The notes under the pieces were generated by a model, which made no database searches, was not told the origin of the DNA, and saw nothing but the letters and a program-made list of their open reading frames with translations. A DNA stretch of 64,000 nucleotides from an uncultured Nitrososphaerales archaeon (GTDB lineage Archaea > Thermoproteota > Nitrososphaeria > Nitrososphaerales > Nitrososphaeraceae), in NCBI GenBank assembly GCA_963695855.1, contig CAVOHZ010000003.1:420619-484618 (forward strand), given 5' to 3'. Positions within the stretch are counted from its first letter, which is position 1; each line of letters starts with the position of its first letter. Made by a program: the position numbers and the translations under genes. Below are positions 24,051 to 33,816 of the stretch, piece by piece.

Positions 24051-24815
24051 AATTTATGGTACTGGAAGAAATATGGAATATATCTAAAAACGATCTTCTG
24101 GTCCTACAATACTATCCATCATTTACAGATTTCAGAAATAAAATATCCATATATACTTTAGAACAAAAAGATTCAACCTTAATATGAGAAACCATTTGCT
24201 TGCTAAAATTGATAATTAGAAAACATAAGCTAGTTGGTATAGTTAGAAATGATTTTTAGGTATAATGTAAAATCCTCACAATAGCAATCTCGCTAGAGAT
24301 TTCAAGGTTCTGAATTATTGACTATAAGAAGAATTGAAAATGATGATTACGTAATAAGTATAATGTTGCGACGAGAGATTTCTATATAAGTATGGTTTTA
24401 AATACTATCCTAAAAGCCAAACTGGACCATAAACGGCTTAAGTAAAAATAGGTTATATACATCCGATTTTATATATACAAGCGAAATTCGTACAATTATA
24501 ACAGATTTTTATAATAATTACAGAACGATATTTTAGTTATAGTAAATTTTTATAAAAATAATAATTATAAACAATAAAATTTATATTCTAACTTTGTTAT
24601 ATAATACACACGTTCAAATTCTTTTGGGCGTCGATAAAGTGAACGTCTAGATATATCTGTCAACTATCTGGATGTTCACAATATAATGTTTTTTTGCTTT
24701 TACCATATTCCATGATCGGGTTCGGTGGAATGATACAGAAATTTCGATACAATCTAATTACATAGTGCAATGATTTTTAATAGTTATATGAATATAATGG
24801 TTTAGTATTGATAAA

Positions 24816-25202
24816 CTATTGTAATTCCTCTTTTATCTTATTTACCAATTCTTCTGCTTTAACAGATTTGCGTATAAAACATCCTACATTTAAATCAGGA
24901 AACTCTTTTTTTAATGACTCATAATAAACCTCATATCCTGTAACAAAGCACTTTTTTATGTCTAGATTTTTGTTTTTCTTTCTTATTTGTTTGTAAAATT
25001 CAAATCCATTCATCTCTGCCATCTTTACGTCAACTAAAGCCAAATCATATAATCTTGGTTTAAAAGTTGATAATGCTTCTAAAGGATTGGAAAATGAATG
25101 AACTTGAAAACCAGTATTTTCTAATATTTGTTTAATTGCTATTAAAAAATCGTTATCATCATCTACAAGTAAAATTCTGTAGAATGGTTGGGATTGGCAC
25201 AC
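24816..25202 (-). CDS. Stand-alone response regulator receiver
   Basis: ILLVDDD, DLALVDVKMAEMNG and FVTG. Confidence 0.92.
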   Translation of the reverse strand: MCQSQPFYRILLVDDDNDFLIAIKQILENTGFQVHSFSNPLEALSTFKPRLYDLALVDVKMAEMNGFEFYKQIRKKNKNLDIKKCFVTGYEVYYESLKKEFPDLNVGCFIRKSVKAEELVNKIKEELQ

Positions 25203-25265
25203 ATAGGATGGGAAGATAGGAGTAAAAAAATTTTATTGAAATAATGATTAATTTTTGATATACTT

Positions 25266-25526
25266 CTATTTAGTTGAAATTAATTCATCCTCAATCTGAG
25301 AGAATTCTTCTAATGCTGATTCAAGGTTTTCAACTATTTCTTGTGCTATTATGTTTGGTGTTGGAAGATTTTCAGAATCTTCAAGACTTGCATCTCTAAG
25401 CCAGAAAATATCAAGGTTGACTTTATCTCTTTTTAAAACTTCGTCATATGTAAAACCCTTGAATCTTTCCGTGCCTTTTCCTCTGTGTCTATTTTCAGGA
25501 TTATAGCATTGTATAAAATCTTTCAA
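25266..25526 (-). pseudogene. hsdM: Type I R-M methyltransferase (HsdM) C-terminal fragment
   Basis: DFIQCYNPENR...ERF..FTYDE...RDKVNLDIFWLRD.SLEDSENLP.P..IA.EIVE.LE.AL. Confidence 0.8.
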
Positions 25527-25583
25527 ATCTTCGTATTTTATTTTCCTCCAGTATCATAATCTTTTTAAAATAAAATTGTAATT

Positions 25584-26291
25584 TTAAACTAAACCAAATC
25601 CAAATGCTATAGCCATAATAGCCAATATTATTGCACTTATTTTTGGAAGATATTTAGTATAATGAATTATTTTATCTTGTATAGTAGTAATTACTTTAAC
25701 TGATAAAATTGTAATACCTATTAAAGCAACAGATACCGATAGAGCATATACAATCATTAACAATAATGGATTTACTCCTGCTGCTGCTAAAGAAAGTATT
25801 ACAAATTCTTCTTCATGTGCAAATCCTAATACTAAAGCAGAACCTGCTAATGCTGAGAGAGATGGTAATATTCTTATTTGATGTGTATGTAGATGTCTAT
25901 GAAATCCTTCATCTTTATGCCAATGAATGTGATTATGCTTAACCTCCTCAGAAAATTGGTGCAAATGACCATGTTGACTCTTCACTACATCCTCTGGTTT
26001 TTCTTTCCAAAACATATAAGCCAATATTCCAAGTGCAATTGCTGCAGCATAGTTGAGATAATTCTGAGGTACATAGATATAAGTGCTAAATAAAATAAAT
26101 GCTAAAACTACAACTATTGAAGAAAGAAAATGAGCCGAAGCAAGTATGCCAGAACTTAAAATACTACTTAGTAGAGGTTTTTTGCTTCGCAGTCAATACA
26201 AAACTGCTATTGTCCATCCATGCGATGGGTTTATTCCATGTAAAAAACCAAAAATGATTATACCAGATAAGATGGCTATTATTTCTTGCAA
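25584..26291 (-). pseudogene. His-rich Ni/Co transporter (NicO/RcnA-like) with one in-frame TGA
   Basis: Upstream in-frame FGFLHGINPSHGW..AVLY*LRS (TGA 26193-26195), His-rich loop, LGFAHEEE. Confidence 0.8.
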
Positions 26292-26750
26292 TTATGTGGA
26301 TACTAAATAAATATTTCATCTATTATAATCCTTTTTGGAGAAAAATCCAAGATTCTCTAACTAATTTTATAAAAATATAATCTGAAACAAAAATACTATT
26401 TTCTATTGCGTAATAAAATATATTTTAGAAATTTTGAAAATGTTCTTCATGTTGCATATGATGTCACTAAATTAGACGAAACTCGTTCAACTCTTCTAGC
26501 AGAAGTAGAAAAACTGAAACAAACGAGAAATAATTATCAAAATATTAATAAATGTATAATTGAGAGAATACCAAATGCTAGTCCTTGTCCATTTGGATTA
26601 CCGCCCATCACATGGAGATTTCGAACAAATACAAATAATCCATTTTGATATTTAAGAGAAAATTATTCAATATATCATTTTTGAAAATAATTTTAAGTTT
26701 TGTAATTTTAATTATATATGAGCTTATAATATAATATAGAAAATAATACG

Positions 26751-26850
26751 CTCTCATAGTCCAAAATAGTTTCTACGTGTGACATCATCCTTAGAACAAG
26801 ATTGTCACACGATGAAAGCAAATTTACCCTAGAGAGAGAGGCAGATAAAA
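26751..26850. repeat. ~100-bp imperfect palindrome, copy 1
   Basis: CCAAAATAGTTTCTACGTGTGACA...TGTCACACG.TGAAAGCAAATT...AGAGGCAGATAAAA, shared with 28887-28980. Confidence 0.8.
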
Positions 26851-26897
26851 TAATAATATTCATATGATTATATGAATAATTTGTAATTTAGATATAA

Positions 26898-27875
26898 TTG
26901 CCATATAATCATAAATCAAATTCTCCATCATCATCTCCTCAATCAGATAAAGATGATTCCATTCTTCTTATTGTAATTGCATTTTCTATGGCCATAGGAA
27001 TATTATTACCATCTTTTGGAATTATTTTTGAGCCATTTCTTTTGGTATGGTTAGGATTTTTATTATTTCTAAATCTATTAAAAATGGATCCACAACAGTT
27101 AACATTTATAATTAAAAAACCTCTTTTGATTGTAATATTTACAATTATCAAGCTTATAGCTATTCCTATATTATTATATGCAATTACAAACATAGTTTAT
27201 CCTTCTTTGGCACTTTCTGTACTTTTACTTTCAGGAATATCTACTGGACTTGGAGCACCATTTGTAATCAATGTATTTGAAAAAAGCAATAGGCTCCCAT
27301 TTGTTGTTGGAATGATAATTTTAACATCTATTGCTGTACCATTTATTTTGCCTTCACTTGTATTTCTTTTAGTTGATGTGTCTAAATTTGAAATACCTGT
27401 TGAAAATATGATCATATTATTGGCAGAAGCTCTTTTTTTGCCTTTATTTGCAGGTTGGTTTACAAAAAGAAAAGCTTCAAAATTAGCAAAGAAAATAGAA
27501 GAAAAATCATTTCTTCTTTCAATGATTTTGATATCATTTATAAATTTTGGAATATTTGCAAAATATTCTAATTACTTTTTTTCTCAATACTCATTTGTAA
27601 TAACAATGACCGTTGCAGCATTTGGTTTGTATTTTGTATATGGATTAATAGGTTATGTTTCGGCATTTCTTCTTGGAGAAAAAGATTGATCATTTAGAAT
27701 TGCTGCTTTTGTAATTATGAGTTATGTAAATAATATACTAGTAGTGGTATTTGCATCCGAATTCTTTGGAAGCGAAATAGCTGCTTTGGCAGCATTTTAT
27801 AATTTATCCTATTATAGTTTGATAATACCAATGAAAAAGATTTTTTATTTGAAAAATGAAAGGAAGGATAGATAA
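26898..27875 (+). pseudogene. Bile acid:Na+ symporter/ACR3-like transporter with one in-frame TGA
   Basis: Multi-TM ORF. The frame stays open and hydrophobic after TGA 27687-27689 (SFRIAAFVIMSYVNNILVVVFA...) until TAA 27875. Confidence 0.75.
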
Positions 27876-28318
27876 ATTATTTTTTATACAGTATGTTTAT
27901 TTTCACTAGTTTACAAATACAAAATTTTTACTAATAATTTATAAATTAAGAAATATTAAATAATAAAATGATGTATCAATAACATAAAAAAATTAAAGCA
28001 TTTAAAGAAGTCTAAATTTTTAATTTAATACTACTTTAAATTCTACTAATATACCATATTCTCATTACTAGAGAAATTTTAAGATAGATGAGAGCAAAAG
28101 TAGTTTATGATAATTTAAATGCTGGGTAGAGGTAGTGAATGTTTAGCTTTTGCAATAATTGAATTATAAAGTGAGATGGATTTTGTTGCTGATTTGGTGA
28201 CAACGCAAAAACCAAATTTATAAGAAGGAGAAAAAGATCATACGAATAATCAATTCTATTATCTTATGATATTGTCAAGTAAATAATGATTAAGAGTAAT
28301 ATTACATTATAACCATGA

Positions 28319-28807
28319 ATGTGTATAAACATGATAAAAATCATTAATGCAAGTCCTGAATTTGGAAAACCTCTGACAGAACAAGAAATAAATGAATTTT
28401 TGACATCTAGCAAACTCAATATGCATTTAGAAACAATAGATGATAATTATTATCCAAATATTCATCCTACATGGTATCATTTTGATTTATCAAATAAGAA
28501 AATATATGTTGAAACATCCAAACTTTCAAAAAAGACAGATAATTTAATAAAGAACAAGAATATTTATTTTTGTATTGATGATCCTAACCCGCCATACAAA
28601 GGAGTCAAGGGAAGAGGTATATGTAGAATTCATGATGATATAAATCACAATATCCCAATTGCAGAAAAGATCATGACAAAATATTTAGGAAGCATGCAAC
28701 ATCCTGTGGCACAAAAGTTAATGTCATTTGTAAAAAATCGCGATAGTGTAATTATAGAAATTAGTCCAAAATACTTTTCAACTTGGCACTATAATGCATC
28801 TAGGTAG
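28319..28807 (+). CDS. Pyridoxamine 5'-phosphate oxidase family (split-barrel flavin/F420-binding)
   Basis: LT..EI.EFL, P..HPTWY, KK..NL..N..I.FCIDD..PPYKGV. Confidence 0.88.
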   Translation: MCINMIKIINASPEFGKPLTEQEINEFLTSSKLNMHLETIDDNYYPNIHPTWYHFDLSNKKIYVETSKLSKKTDNLIKNKNIYFCIDDPNPPYKGVKGRGICRIHDDINHNIPIAEKIMTKYLGSMQHPVAQKLMSFVKNRDSVIIEISPKYFSTWHYNASR

Positions 28808-28886
28808 AACTATTCATAGACCATAATAGAAGTACTATAATAATACTGACATTCAATGATTTACATAATAATAAAAAATATTGTCC

Positions 28887-28980
28887 CTCTCTGGTCCCAA
28901 AATAGTTTCTACGTGTGACAGTGTCACATGAAAAATGTCACACGCTGAAAGCAAATTGACTCTAGAGGCAGATAAAAAAA
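28887..28980. repeat. ~95-bp imperfect palindrome, copy 2
   Basis: Direct-orientation copy of 26751-26850 with a different loop. Confidence 0.8.
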
Positions 28981-29525
28981 ATGATAATAGGTACTCTAAA
29001 AGCAGTGATTTTACCTTTTAATAGAATTTACTTTTAGAGTTAAAATACAGATATAAAATAAAAATTGGCCTCTCTGGATCCAGGAAGTTTCAAGCGTATA
29101 CGTTCTGCATTTGTCACATATTCACATACTGAAAATAGATTTATTCTGCCAAAGTTGAGAAAGAGTAACAACCAGTAGCTCAAAAAATGAGGAGATTTAT
29201 TCTTGACCATTTATCGTATCAATTAATATTGTTGGTTAAATCTGCACAAGAGAAAGAGAAAAAAAGTAGATCGAACTAATAATATAAATTATTTTTTAAA
29301 TATGGGGCCAGTGGTTTGTGAAACAAATTTGACCTAAAAAATTTATTTTTAATTAGCATTATATATTTCATTATAAAAGTGGGTTCATATGTCTTCGTAG
29401 TCAAATCAGTTGGATTTGAAGCCCTCCATAAAGTGAGACCATTCAATACTTTAAACATCGTTTAGACATAGATTTGAGATAAAAACATATATTCAGTCCT
29501 TACCAATACGAATAGTAATAGTGAT

Positions 29526-29720
29526 ATGCAGAATCTAGAATCTAGCTTATTAACAATATCCTTCAATTCCAGAGAGGAAGAAGTAGAAGGATTCTATGTA
29601 TTATTGTCAAAAAAAGTTCCTATAAAGAGTACAGGACAACACAAATATACTATAAATAGGAACTATATTAAAATTTTAGATACCATGGGTATAAATTATA
29701 CAATTCAAAAGAATCCATAA
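29526..29720 (+). CDS. Small hypothetical protein, first gene of a pair
   Basis: 64-aa ORF 13 bp upstream of 29734. Confidence 0.65.
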   Translation: MQNLESSLLTISFNSREEEVEGFYVLLSKKVPIKSTGQHKYTINRNYIKILDTMGINYTIQKNP

Positions 29721-29733
29721 AATTCAATGTAAG

Positions 29734-30060
29734 TTGTCATCAGCCTCAATCAGAGTAGATATTTATTTACCGTTATATTATAACAATAAACAACCAGTAG
29801 AAAAATCAAAATTTGTTGACACTTTTAATGAATTAGTTGAAATGTTTGGCGGATGTTCTGCTGATGAACATACTATACTTGGAAGTTGGAAGGATCCAGA
29901 TTCAGACATTTTGTATAATGATGAAAATACGATATACCATGTTATATCTGAAGATCGAAAAGAAAATAGCAATCTTTTAAGTGGATATAAAGAGAAGTTA
30001 AAAGAGAGGTTTCGACAAAAAGAAATAATGATGTATTATATCAGTGTGAATAGATTTTGA
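29734..30060 (+). CDS. Ferredoxin-like/PII-like small protein (DUF3574-like)
   Basis: IYLPL.YN...PV....F.....EL...FGG.S......G.W......Y.D....LK.RF.Q.EI. Confidence 0.65.
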   Translation: MSSASIRVDIYLPLYYNNKQPVEKSKFVDTFNELVEMFGGCSADEHTILGSWKDPDSDILYNDENTIYHVISEDRKENSNLLSGYKEKLKERFRQKEIMMYYISVNRF

Positions 30061-30263
30061 AAATAGTAAGTATAATAACAAATAATAGCATATAATTATT
30101 TGATTTTCATAGTTCTTCTTAATAAAACAATACTTTTTAATTTGCTTAATAAAATAAAATAAAGATTAATAAATATATAATATAAAAAATACCATAGATT
30201 ATTAGACTAGGTTATATATTAAAACCTAGTCGATTTTTGGTTACTGCTGGTATTATTTCTAAA

Positions 30264-30992
30264 TCATTGTCTATTAACTGATTGTCCTACTGATTTTATG
30301 TAACTAGTATTTGTTCTTACCAAATCCTTTAGATTGTCGCGTGTTTGTTCTAATGCTGTATTATATATCCTCATATTTGATGCTAGAGCGTTGTTTATGA
30401 GATTACTAGTGTTTAACAGGTAACTTGTAAAGTTATTGACTAGTACTGCGTGGTTTTCAACAATTTTCTGTGGATTATACCAGTCCCATAGTCCGGTGAA
30501 GTTCACACCACTGTTTTTGTCTACTTGTTGTGATTGAAAAGAGTTTATTACTTCTTTTTCTGCTTCAATAAAGTCAGAGGCAATATCTTTTATAGTTTGA
30601 ATGGTTTGTTCTTGATATTCAGCAATACGTTGTGTATATTTTGGAATTTCTCGTGTAGCTTCATCAGTAGTTCTCTTTATATTATGTAAGGTGTTGTCGA
30701 GTGTCTTGTTTATTACATCTTGTTGTTGATTTAAGGTGTTATTAAAGTCTCTATTTGCTCTTTCATTGAAATTACTGTGGTCTTTGTTAAATTTAGTTGT
30801 ATTTCTTTCATTAAATTCTTGTTCATTTACAGCTATATTTTCATTTCGTTTTATTTCTTCTTTTGTCGTCACAAATATATATACGTTACTAAGGTATATA
30901 AACGTAGGTAATGATGTCCAGTGAATAGTCATATTGATTTTTGTAGGACCTACATATTTGTATAATTGAAGGTAATATATTTGCAAATACAT
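30264..30992 (-). CDS. Asn/Gln-rich helical protein (possibly phasin-like); true start probably GTG near 30871
   Basis: Amphipathic helical composition, and similarity to the C-terminal domain of 20234-21244. Confidence 0.7.
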   Translation of the reverse strand: MYLQIYYLQLYKYVGPTKINMTIHWTSLPTFIYLSNVYIFVTTKEEIKRNENIAVNEQEFNERNTTKFNKDHSNFNERANRDFNNTLNQQQDVINKTLDNTLHNIKRTTDEATREIPKYTQRIAEYQEQTIQTIKDIASDFIEAEKEVINSFQSQQVDKNSGVNFTGLWDWYNPQKIVENHAVLVNNFTSYLLNTSNLINNALASNMRIYNTALEQTRDNLKDLVRTNTSYIKSVGQSVNRQ

Positions 30993-31219
30993 TTATTCAT
31001 CGACATTTTCTTCCAAAGCTATTTCATTAGATATTATTACTATCGTTTAGATATTCCAAGATGTCAGTATTAAAGTCAGAACCGCTTTAGGGAAAGAGAG
31101 ACACAGGATAGATAAAAAAAAAGAAGCGGATAAAGCCTGAAAAGTACTTGCTTGTCGGGCTGGGCGGAATTTTTATACCCATTTTTAGGATAGGATAAAA
31201 CCAAATTTTAGATTTAAAA

Positions 31220-31255
31220 CCTATCCCAAAATTATCCTCATGTAAGCAATTATAC
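31220..31255 (-). mobile_element. Isolated IS5 right-end remnant
   Basis: CCTATCCCAAAATTATCCTCaTGTAAgCAATTATaC is the reverse complement of the IS5 3' end at ~22515-22550 with 3 mismatches. Confidence 0.75.
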
Positions 31256-31340
31256 TTAATTAAGAAGATAGAATATTAAAATTAATATCTAGAAATTATG
31301 AAGTTATCTTTATAAATATTAACTGTCCCCTTATATCATA

Positions 31341-31363
31341 TGGGGCCAGTGGGATTTGAACCC
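31341..31363 (-). other. tRNA 3'-end fragment (att-like scar)
   Basis: Reverse complement GGGTTCAAATCCCACTGGCCCCA = T-arm plus acceptor 3' strand; no 5' half present. Confidence 0.75.
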
Positions 31364-31445
31364 TTCTATAAAGTGAGACCAGTTACTTTGAATAAATATT
31401 AGTATCTAAATATTCTTTAATTTTGCATTCTTATTTTGAATTTTT

Positions 31446-32192
31446 ACTACTTTTGCTTATTGTTTTACGTTAAATACTCTACAACTATTATTTGCACATT
31501 AAATAACGATTCTAGAGGGTATTGTGTGTGCCCTATAAATATATAGATATAGGTATTACGTTTCTAAAGTCAAGAAAGAATGAGTGTAATCCTTTTAGAA
31601 TAAGAAGTTTTTTTAAAATGTATCATTTTTCTTAGCTAACATAAAGTTAGGAATCTGTCCGTACTTTAACCACCAAAATTGTAGTAAATTTATATCTTCT
31701 TAAGGAAACGATTGTCAAACTTTTTCTATTTTAACCAAAAATCTTATCTATTACTGATCTCTTTTTTTCAATAATGTTAAATAACAAGACAGCTAAAAAC
31801 TGTAATAACATTTTTTTAATTTTTGTTAGTATTAGTCTCATTATACCACTTCTGATCTTTTATACACCTATTTCGTATAGTCAAACAGATTCTGATCAGT
31901 TTGTAAGCGATAATACAACCGATGAAAGTTTTGGAGATACCAATGGTGATGGAGTAGTAGATGCTTTGGATGAAGCAACAGCATCAACAACAGAAACAAC
32001 TACTACTGATAATGCATCCTCTACTGATGCTGTTGATGAAATCCAGATGGATACCAATGGTGATGGAGTAGTAGATGCTTTGGATGAAACAACAGCATCA
32101 ACAACAGAGACAACTACTACTGATAATGCATCCTCTACTGATGCTGTTGATGAAATCCAGATGGATACCAATGGTGATGGAGTAGTAGATGC
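31446..32192 (+). repeat. 747-bp inverted repeat, left arm
   Basis: Reverse complement of 38858-39604; no mismatches noticed. Covers 328 bp of upstream DNA plus ~139 codons. Confidence 0.95.
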
Positions 32193-32256
32193 AACCAGTT
32201 CCGGAGATGATCAGCTCCCAGAATCAGGTTCTGATCCTACAACTAGTTTAGAGTAA
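31774..32256 (+). CDS. Secreted acidic DxNxDG-repeat protein; truncated duplicate of the N-terminus of 36430-39276
   Basis: First ~140 aa identical to the 948-aa protein, then a unique ~20-aa tail. Confidence 0.85.
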   Translation: MLNNKTAKNCNNIFLIFVSISLIIPLLIFYTPISYSQTDSDQFVSDNTTDESFGDTNGDGVVDALDEATASTTETTTTDNASSTDAVDEIQMDTNGDGVVDALDETTASTTETTTTDNASSTDAVDEIQMDTNGDGVVDATSSGDDQLPESGSDPTTSLE

Positions 32257-33213
32257 TATTTCCTCAATATTCTAAATTTAATTCAAAATAAATGTTGTAC
32301 TCTGTCAAATAAAATATTGACTGTTTGTTAAGGCTATTCGTTTATTGATAGTATTTCAGTCAATTTCTTGCAGAGTTTATGTAACAAATTTACCTGTGGT
32401 TATGTTAGGAATTGGAAAAGTAACACTTGGACTATTATGATTATTCTGACTAAAATGCATATGAATTAATACTTGTCATTGCATTAAAATACCCATTATT
32501 GTTCTTTAATTCTGGAAGGATTGTACATTTATGTTTGTATAATACTATAACATAAACATTATATTAAGATGTACTATTTGTGGATACCAATACTACTATG
32601 CTAAAATATACTATGATATTTATAAAAAATGATTGCAATACTCAAAAAATATTATTTTTTTAAAATCTAAAAATAACTTTTCAGATTATATTTTTTGGTC
32701 GCCGAAAAATTTTTTACTGTAATGATATAACAGAGACCTACTCAAAAATACCGAGTTGAAATTTCATATACAATATTTATTTAGACATGATAGTTAGAAT
32801 TCTTATAGATTTGTATTCACAACCATTTTTATTATTATTTTTTATAATTTTTAGCTTCTAAAAATTGTAAATAGAAATGAAAAAGATTACAATAAAGCTC
32901 CTGATAAAGATATCATGTTCTTACTTTATACTTATAAATCTTTATTTTTATAAATATACACAATTTTAGATTTTTTCTTAAGAAATTGAATAAGGAGGTC
33001 AAGGTATCTTAAATATGTTCAATATGTTATTAATTCAATGATAGAAATTTGAAAAGAATAAAGTTAATAAATTGAAAATCAATATTCAGACTTTGTTACC
33101 GTGATGACTACAAATATTCATTCAATATGTCTACATCTCTAAAATTTATTATCATTTATTTGAAGAAAAGATTATTAATACTTCACCTCCAACTAAGTTA
33201 TTGCATTATAAGA

Positions 33214-33480
33214 AAAGCTCATTGAGTTTGGATACGGTTATTATTTGTGAAGATATTTTTATACAAATTCACTAGTTTAACCTGTTGTTCAAAATTAAAA
33301 AAATGATGATATCTATTCAAGGTAGATGTAAAACATTAATTGGAGCAACTCCATTGATAAGCCTTGGAAGCTCTTCTTGTTTATCAACGAATTCTTGATA
33401 TGTTTCAGAGTAGGAAGACCCTTTTAGGAAGACCTCTTTCCTGAAGGCCAAGGGTCATTATTGTAAAGAATTGTTCTTTT
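33214..33480 (-). pseudogene. Orphan C-terminal domain remnant plus 3' flank, copy A
   Basis: Minus strand TILYNNDPWPSGK/GSSYSETYQEFVDKQEELPRLINGVAPINVLHLP* (stop 33317); homologous to 36152-36420. Confidence 0.7.
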
Positions 33481-33816
33481 AGACAGCATGACTGGATTGA
33501 TTGATAAAAATAGTTTTTGTGAGTATCTAACACATTCGCAAAAAAAAAATTTTAAAATGCTTCCTATTAGTTGATAAGGCAAATTAGGAGTAGAGATCAA
33601 AATAGGTATTGATCCAGTATATCTTGAACAAAAATGCCGGAATTTATGTATTAGCAAATATGGTACATTTCTAAAACCTATCTCCATACACTATTAATTA
33701 TTCTCTACACAAGAATTGACAAATAAACGCTCGGATTTTAGGACAAAAAAATTTCATTTGTATATGAGACACTAGTAGCTAGGAAATATTAGCTAACTTA
33801 ATCTAATCGATATAGC

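Noticed and set aside
10993-27689. Several genes interrupted by a single in-frame TGA (10993, 19254, ~21972, 26193, 27687), suggesting stop-codon recoding
   Set aside because: The expected residues differ (Gly, Trp, probably Ser/Arg), each one substitution away from TGA, and many intact genes here end in TGA. Point-mutation decay or sequencing error is simpler.
33177-33205. Short similarity to the IS630 transposase 3' end (CACCTCCAAC)
   Set aside because: Too short and lacks the terminal inverted repeat.
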